From Minisyncoccota bacterium (GTDB taxonomy: Bacteria; Patescibacteriota; Minisyncoccia; Phycocordibacterales; UBA9973): a stretch of 64,000 bases of DNA. The notes under the pieces were generated by a model. It saw only the letters and a program-made list of their open reading frames with translations, was not told where the DNA came from and ran no database searches. Shown here in pieces: positions 58,922 to 64,000 of the stretch. Numbering within the stretch: the stretch's first letter is position 1; every line of letters starts with the position of its first letter. Location of the stretch: assembly GCA_041663005.1 (NCBI GenBank), contig JBAZRK010000001.1:222734-286733 (forward strand), in the 5' to 3' direction. The position numbers were made by a program, and so were the translations under genes.

Positions 58922-60619
58922 TTAATACACTTCTTTGTTGTAGCAACTTTCGCAATAAACTTTCTCCGGCCGCTCTGGAGAATATGGAGTTTCAAATTCG
59001 TTAGGGCATTTTGCGGCATGGCCGTGAGCTTCGACTGCACATTTGCAATTACTATGCCAAAGACGGCGCGGCGGACGCAAACCAAATCTCCTTCTGTATC
59101 TGCAGTTCGGGCACTTTCGCGGTATTGGAATTTTCTCTTTTTGATAAAACAAAAACTCGTTTCGGGTAATATTGTAATTTTTTGAACATTCTACGCAAGC
59201 TAAAATTTCGTTCAGAATGGTTTCCGGCACATCTTCTATTTTATCAGGAATTTTTTCGCTCGTGATAGTTTCCTTGCCCAAAGTACCGCCCAAGTTTTCT
59301 TCCCAATGCCAACCTTTGGCTAAAACTTCGTTTTTTGTCATTGGCTCATACATATTGCCCTGCGTTTCGTTGTAGTAAATAGGCGCAATTTGAGGTGGAA
59401 AAAATTCGCCATATTCCCCTGTTCTCTTCATATGCTCAATGATTTTTTCTTTTAGCGCCAGATAGTCTGCTTTAGAATATTTTTTATTAAAAATCATGTA
59501 TTCGCCCTTTTTCACACTCACGCAACCAAAAAGATTCTGGCTATTTTGGCAAGTGTCGGAATAATCAATATTCATGTTGTCGTAAGATAAATGGCAAAAA
59601 TGGCAATTGGAAATACGAGCACTCCCCTGACACTCGTAGCTCAATTCAACATGGTCGCCCACGTGATATAAATCCATAGAATCCTTTACCCCATCCGGAC
59701 TGCAGATAAGAAATTTAGAATTCTCCCCCATTAGTGTCTCAAATGATAATGCCACGTTCCTGCAGTCAAAAATCATGCTACCTATAGAGTTAATATTTCT
59801 TTCACTTACAGTGTAACGGTGTACGGCCTCTTCCCGCATAATCTTTTCAAATTCTTTCTCTAGGCCTTGGCGTACCGTAAACGAAGAGAGATCGTATTCT
59901 TTTATCTTTTTTAAATATTCTTCCCGAGTATACTGTTTATTGCGGAATACATAACTTTTGCCCCGGAGGTTTGTAGACATAAAGCAATTATTACATCCGC
60001 GACAATCGAAACAGTAAAAACAAGAAGAGCAATCTTTTATGAATTTCCCATACTGACATTCATAAGAAATACGAGAGTCCGTAACTTCGTACAATCTTTC
60101 TCCTTTCTCGTAAATGTAGCTGCAATCTATTAAATCTCGCGAGTTCCAAATTAATGTGCTGTATAACGCATTCTCGTTGTAGAAGGCAGAAAAGGTGAGG
60201 TAAACATTTTTATTATCACTCGAATGATTGGTATATTCAGAATTTTCACTATTTTTATTTAGGAGTGCCATGCGGGGTACGTCATGCTGGAGTTCGGCAA
60301 ACTGTTCAAAAAATGGGCGAGAAAAATCAAAATCGCGGCCGTAAGAAGTCGCATCCCAGCCATCGCCCCACCAGCACGAATTGCAATACACTTTATAGGG
60401 CTTATTTTGGGAATAAATCGTCACCGTACTCTTGCCGCACAAGTCGCACGACCTACGGTATAAATTGCGTTCGTTCCTCCACGCATAACGCCGCAACTGC
60501 CGACAGCCTGGACACCAAGTCGGCGGTGGGACTTTAATCTTCTCATAAAAATTAAAGTCTTCACTATCAATCGTGAAATCTTGTTTACAGTTTTGACAAT
60601 TTCTGGTTTCTGGTCTCAT
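58922..60619 (-). CDS. Cys-rich multi-zinc-ribbon protein, paralogue 4
   Basis: Same architecture as 48654-50378. Confidence 0.9.
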   Translation of the reverse strand: MRPETRNCQNCKQDFTIDSEDFNFYEKIKVPPPTWCPGCRQLRRYAWRNERNLYRRSCDLCGKSTVTIYSQNKPYKVYCNSCWWGDGWDATSYGRDFDFSRPFFEQFAELQHDVPRMALLNKNSENSEYTNHSSDNKNVYLTFSAFYNENALYSTLIWNSRDLIDCSYIYEKGERLYEVTDSRISYECQYGKFIKDCSSCFYCFDCRGCNNCFMSTNLRGKSYVFRNKQYTREEYLKKIKEYDLSSFTVRQGLEKEFEKIMREEAVHRYTVSERNINSIGSMIFDCRNVALSFETLMGENSKFLICSPDGVKDSMDLYHVGDHVELSYECQGSARISNCHFCHLSYDNMNIDYSDTCQNSQNLFGCVSVKKGEYMIFNKKYSKADYLALKEKIIEHMKRTGEYGEFFPPQIAPIYYNETQGNMYEPMTKNEVLAKGWHWEENLGGTLGKETITSEKIPDKIEDVPETILNEILACVECSKNYNITRNEFLFYQKEKIPIPRKCPNCRYRRRFGLRPPRRLWHSNCKCAVEAHGHAAKCPNEFETPYSPERPEKVYCESCYNKEVY

Positions 60620-60648
60620 ATCATCATACTAGTACGCTAGTGTCTGTT

Positions 60649-60973
60649 CTAGGCGATATTTTGTTTATAACACTCAAAAAGATGTCGATTATAAAGAGTT
60701 ATCCACATCGCTGTTTTTATTGTGAAAAAACCGGAATGGCATATTATCCACCAGAATGGGGTTATCAGAAAATAGCCTGCGAAGAGCTGAAACTCCTTTT
60801 CTAAATTTACCAAATACGGAAAAAGCAAAATGCTGCTTAACGCGACATCCAAAGCATTGCTCCGGGATTTTCAATCCTACTTTTTCATACAAAAGTAAAT
60901 CGCCAGAATCTATTATAAATTCTTCTTTACAATCAGCGCAAATTTTACTCTCCGTTTTTGAATTCATAGACAT
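60649..60973 (-). pseudogene. Internally deleted remnant of a fifth Cys-rich paralogue
   Basis: N-terminal CADC..F.I...D..LYEK....P..CFGCR; another frame ends IKTA...FECYKQNIA, like the family C-terminus. Confidence 0.7.
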
Positions 60974-61526
60974 TCACCCGAGCGGCACGCATTACGCGCT
61001 CACCGAGCTTATAGCCTTTCTGCACAACTTCGGCAACTTTATGGTCAAGGTCTTTCTGGTCCGTGGCCACCATATCTATAGACTGGTGAATGTTGGGGTC
61101 GAAAGCTTCACCCTCTTCACCTATCGGCTTCACGCCATATTCCTCGAATATGCCATTCATTTGCGCATAAATATACTCCACGCCCTTGCGCCAAGTAGCG
61201 TCAACTTTCTCCCAGGCCTCCTTGTTGGCGAAAGCCATATTGAAACTGTCTATAACCGTCAGGAAACGAGTAAGTATTCGCTCGCGCATCGCTTCGGAAA
61301 AGACGCCCTTGCGGTCATCTTCCTGCTTTTTATAGTTGGCAAAGTCGGCCCGCTCTTTCTGCCAGCCTGTTAGATACTCTTCTTTCTCTTTTTTGGCTTG
61401 TTTTAGGTCAGCGCGAAGCTTTTTGAGGGTTTTTTTCACGTCTTCTTCGCCGTCGTCATTAAATTCAAACTCGACAACATCATCTTCCGCCTCAGGCTCT
61501 TCTTTTTTCTTATCTTCATCGTTCAT
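60945..61526 (-). CDS. grpE: Nucleotide exchange factor GrpE
   Basis: RADFANYKK, FDPNIHQ, VVQKGYKL.ERVMRAA.V; start uncertain (61526 or 61535). Confidence 0.96.
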   Translation of the reverse strand: MNDEDKKKEEPEAEDDVVEFEFNDDGEEDVKKTLKKLRADLKQAKKEKEEYLTGWQKERADFANYKKQEDDRKGVFSEAMRERILTRFLTVIDSFNMAFANKEAWEKVDATWRKGVEYIYAQMNGIFEEYGVKPIGEEGEAFDPNIHQSIDMVATDQKDLDHKVAEVVQKGYKLGERVMRAARVNVYEFKNGE

Positions 61527-61544
61527 ATGGCTCATATTAGCATA

Positions 61545-61574
61545 AAAAAATCCCTCTTCCAAGAGGGATTTTTT
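61545..61574 (-). terminator. Intrinsic terminator after rpsI
   Basis: AAAAAATCCCTCT-TGGA-AGAGGGATTTTTT on minus strand. Confidence 0.88.
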
Positions 61575-61584
61575 CGTAAAATAA

Positions 61585-62007
61585 TTAACGTTTTGACCAC
61601 TGAGGAGCTTTGCGGGCTTTCTTCAAACCGAACTTGCGGCGTTCTTTTGCCCTAGGGTCACGTTTCAAAAACCCGAGAACTTTGAGTCCTCCGCGCAATT
61701 CTCCGTCGGAAACAACTAGAGCTCGAGACAATCCTAGGCGCACAGCTTCAGCTTGAGAGTGCATACCTCCGCCAGAAACCTTAGCTTCTACGCTCCACTT
61801 TGTTTCTGCTTTCTCAGCGCTCATACCCTTAACTATAGGGTCAAGGACAAGGCGTCGTTCCACTTCAGTATGGAAATATTCTCGCGCTTCTTTGCCATTA
61901 ACTACGAAGTGGGTCTTGGTTCCCTTGGTGATGCGGACTCGGGCGGTAGAAGTTTTGCGTCTACCTATGGCCTCGATGTATTTTTCCTTTTTTGTTTCTT
62001 TATCCAT
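61585..62007 (-). CDS. rpsI: 30S ribosomal protein S9
   Basis: GRRKTS.ARV, GGG..SQA, RDPR.KERRK.GLKKARKAPQWSKR. Confidence 0.99.
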   Translation of the reverse strand: MDKETKKEKYIEAIGRRKTSTARVRITKGTKTHFVVNGKEAREYFHTEVERRLVLDPIVKGMSAEKAETKWSVEAKVSGGGMHSQAEAVRLGLSRALVVSDGELRGGLKVLGFLKRDPRAKERRKFGLKKARKAPQWSKR

Positions 62008-62015
62008 ACAGTATG

Positions 62016-62396
62016 TTAATTCTCAATTTCTAAATTTTTCATCATCGTGCGACGAATTTTGTTGTCTGGAAGCATTTGAAAAGTGGACAATCGAATAAGC
62101 TCCTTGATCCCTTTCTTGGTTGCAGTTTCGGCTGCAGTCATCACGCGCAATCCTCCCGGAATTCCTGAATATCTCTTATGGTTTATCGTTGCAAGCTTTT
62201 TAGGAGTGATGCTGAGTTTGGATGCATTGATGATTTTAACCGGGAAACCAGTATACTTGTGGCGCTCGAATGTAGCCGCAGTTTTACCCATAAGGTGCAT
62301 TGCCGCTGCGCTAGCTACTCGGCCCAAAGTCTTACCCTCGGCGTCGATGGTTTTCGTCTTATCTCCTTTTGGTTCTGTATTTTTCTTGTTTGCCAT
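62016..62396 (-). CDS. rplM: 50S ribosomal protein L13 (short form)
   Basis: IDA.GK.LGR.AS, IINA, YSG.PGGL, MLP.N. Confidence 0.96.
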   Translation of the reverse strand: MANKKNTEPKGDKTKTIDAEGKTLGRVASAAAMHLMGKTAATFERHKYTGFPVKIINASKLSITPKKLATINHKRYSGIPGGLRVMTAAETATKKGIKELIRLSTFQMLPDNKIRRTMMKNLEIEN

Positions 62397-62423
62397 TTTG
62401 TTATACTAAATTATTTTGCCGAA

Positions 62424-62777
62424 TTACACAAACTCAATCACTGCCATCTTCGAACCGTCCGACTTGCGAGGCGGAAGTTTTAAAATTCTGGTATAGCCGC
62501 CTGATCGTCCTTCATATCGAGGTGCTAAAACTTCGAACAGCTTCTTGGTCTCTGGTTTTCGGCCGGCAAGCTTGGCTATGATGAGTCTCTTGGTGGCAAT
62601 ATCATTTTTCTTAGCTCGAGTGACAAGCTTTTCCATAAAAGGACGCAATTCCTTGGCCTTTGGTTCCGTGGTCTTAATTTTTTCGCGAATTATAAGATTG
62701 AGCGCTAGAGAATTTATAAGCGCTTTCTTCTGTGTCTTTGTTCTGCCGAATTTTCTTTTACTATTGTGGTGCCGCAT
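62424..62777 (-). CDS. rplQ: 50S ribosomal protein L17
   Basis: MRH, I.TT..KAKELR, R.GGYTRI.K, R..DG. Confidence 0.98.
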   Translation of the reverse strand: MRHHNSKRKFGRTKTQKKALINSLALNLIIREKIKTTEPKAKELRPFMEKLVTRAKKNDIATKRLIIAKLAGRKPETKKLFEVLAPRYEGRSGGYTRILKLPPRKSDGSKMAVIEFV

Positions 62778-62778
62778 A

Positions 62779-63762
62779 TTATTCTTTCAAATTAAGGCCG
62801 AATTTGGTTAAAACTTTTTTAATTTCGGCAATACCTTTCTCGCCGATACCTTCAACTTCGAGAAGGTCTTCCCTCTTTTTCCTTGCCAGTCCTCCCAGGG
62901 TCCTGATGTTGGCTCCCGAGAGTGCGTTTAAGGTGCGAGTAGATAGGTCAAGGCTGTCAGTGCGGGTCTTTAAGACATCGGCTACATCGCCACCCTTCTT
63001 GTCGTCTTTATCTTCTGTGGATTCTCCTTTGCTGCCAGATTTCTTCTCCACTTTCACCTCTTCTTCTTCAGGCTCTTTGAAATCGATGATGGCCTTAAGC
63101 TGGTTAATCATTATTTCAATGGAGCGAGAAAGTGCGTCGCGAGCAGAAAGAGTTCCGTCGGTTTCAATGGAAATTCGAAGGCGATTATGGTTGGTCTTGT
63201 CGCCAACGCGCATATTTTCCACTTCGTAGGAAACTCGTCGAATCGGGGTAAAGATTGCGTCCACAGCAATTGTGCCTACGTCCACTTTGTCTTTCTGGAA
63301 AACTTCCTTGGCGATAAAGCCCAATCCTTTCTCTATCTTCATCTCAATGTTGAGATTGATTTTACCTGTTACCTCGGCGATGTGGAGCTCAGGGTTTAAA
63401 ATTTCTACCTGACCACCAGCCTTGATGTCTCCAGCGAGAACTTCTTTCGGTCCTTTCACGGAGAGAGTAACTGTCTGAGGCTCATCGGAGAGCATCTTCA
63501 GACGAATTTTCTTCATATTCAAAATCATCACTATGACATCTTCTTTGATGCCATCCATTGTCTGGAATTCGTGAGTTACGCCGTCGATTTTTATAGCCGT
63601 GATGGAAGCGCCTGGCAAAGAAGAGAGGATAATTCGGCGCAAGCTGTTGCCGAGGGTGTGCCCGTAGCCGGGGTAGAGACCGTCAATCTCAAACACTCCT
63701 TTGTTGCCTTCTTCTAAGACTACTCGAGGCTTAGATGGCATAATTATATTATAGTCAGGCAT
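62779..63762 (-). CDS. rpoA: RNA polymerase alpha subunit
   Basis: GYGHTLGNSLRRIILSSLPG, DAIFTP, alpha-CTD LS.RT.N.L. Confidence 0.99.
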   Translation of the reverse strand: MPDYNIIMPSKPRVVLEEGNKGVFEIDGLYPGYGHTLGNSLRRIILSSLPGASITAIKIDGVTHEFQTMDGIKEDVIVMILNMKKIRLKMLSDEPQTVTLSVKGPKEVLAGDIKAGGQVEILNPELHIAEVTGKINLNIEMKIEKGLGFIAKEVFQKDKVDVGTIAVDAIFTPIRRVSYEVENMRVGDKTNHNRLRISIETDGTLSARDALSRSIEIMINQLKAIIDFKEPEEEEVKVEKKSGSKGESTEDKDDKKGGDVADVLKTRTDSLDLSTRTLNALSGANIRTLGGLARKKREDLLEVEGIGEKGIAEIKKVLTKFGLNLKE

Positions 63763-63810
63763 ATTTTTTATAATTTAATTTGTAAATTTATAAGCAAACG
63801 AAAAAATAAT

Positions 63811-64000
63811 TTATCGGCTGTAAAACTCGAGCACGGCGTTTAAATCTAGGAATGTCTCCGTGTTCTCCGGTTTGTTAAGCATCTTGCCTTCCATAAGCTC
63901 GGTATTCCATGCTATCCATTTCGGAGCGTTATAATCCTTCAGCCTGTCTGCCAAATTTTCAAAAATTTTCCTCGGCTTGCTACCTTCGCGAACCTTCACC
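63811..64000 (-). CDS. rpsD: 30S ribosomal protein S4, 3' end (truncated by window edge)
   Basis: C-terminal P.W...EFYSR; directly upstream of rpoA. Confidence 0.93.
   Translation of the reverse strand, partial: VKVREGSKPRKIFENLADRLKDYNAPKWIAWNTELMEGKMLNKPENTETFLDLNAVLEFYSR

Noticed and set aside
57203-58999. Repeat pair as DGR template/variable region
   Set aside because: Mismatches are synonymous and not adenine-specific, both copies are coding, and there is no reverse transcriptase in the window.

Overview
The window looks like chromosomal DNA of a reduced-genome Patescibacteria/CPR bacterium, probably Parcubacteria. This is inferred from the gene families, the short AspRS and RibF forms, the CPR-type Cys-rich proteins and VirD4-like ATPases, and pervasive leaderless promoters. 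It holds a de novo purine cluster (purF-N-D-E-M-C-B), cell-envelope genes, scpAB, pepN, four tRNA synthetases, a tal/aminotransferase/pckA/prs/gpmI carbon cluster, dnaB-recR, a split grpE...dnaK...dnaJ locus and the end of the alpha/S9 ribosomal cluster. Three features stand out. (1) Two amino-acid attenuators do not precede biosynthetic genes. One is a His-codon tail on a HisR/TrpR-like repressor with tandem operators; the other is an unannotated leaderless 26-aa Phe-rich leader peptide. Each feeds a boxA-like site and a strong Shine-Dalgarno into tiny Cys-containing orphan ORFs. (2) Four ~565-aa Cys-rich paralogues plus a remnant are interleaved with two VirD4/HerA-like ATPases and two wHTH regulators inside the chaperone locus. 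Most junctions carry palindromes, and a CxxC-x17-CxxC module is shared with one ATPase. (3) Small palindromic elements are inserted in frame in housekeeping genes. No rRNA, tRNA, CRISPR array or transposase was recognised.
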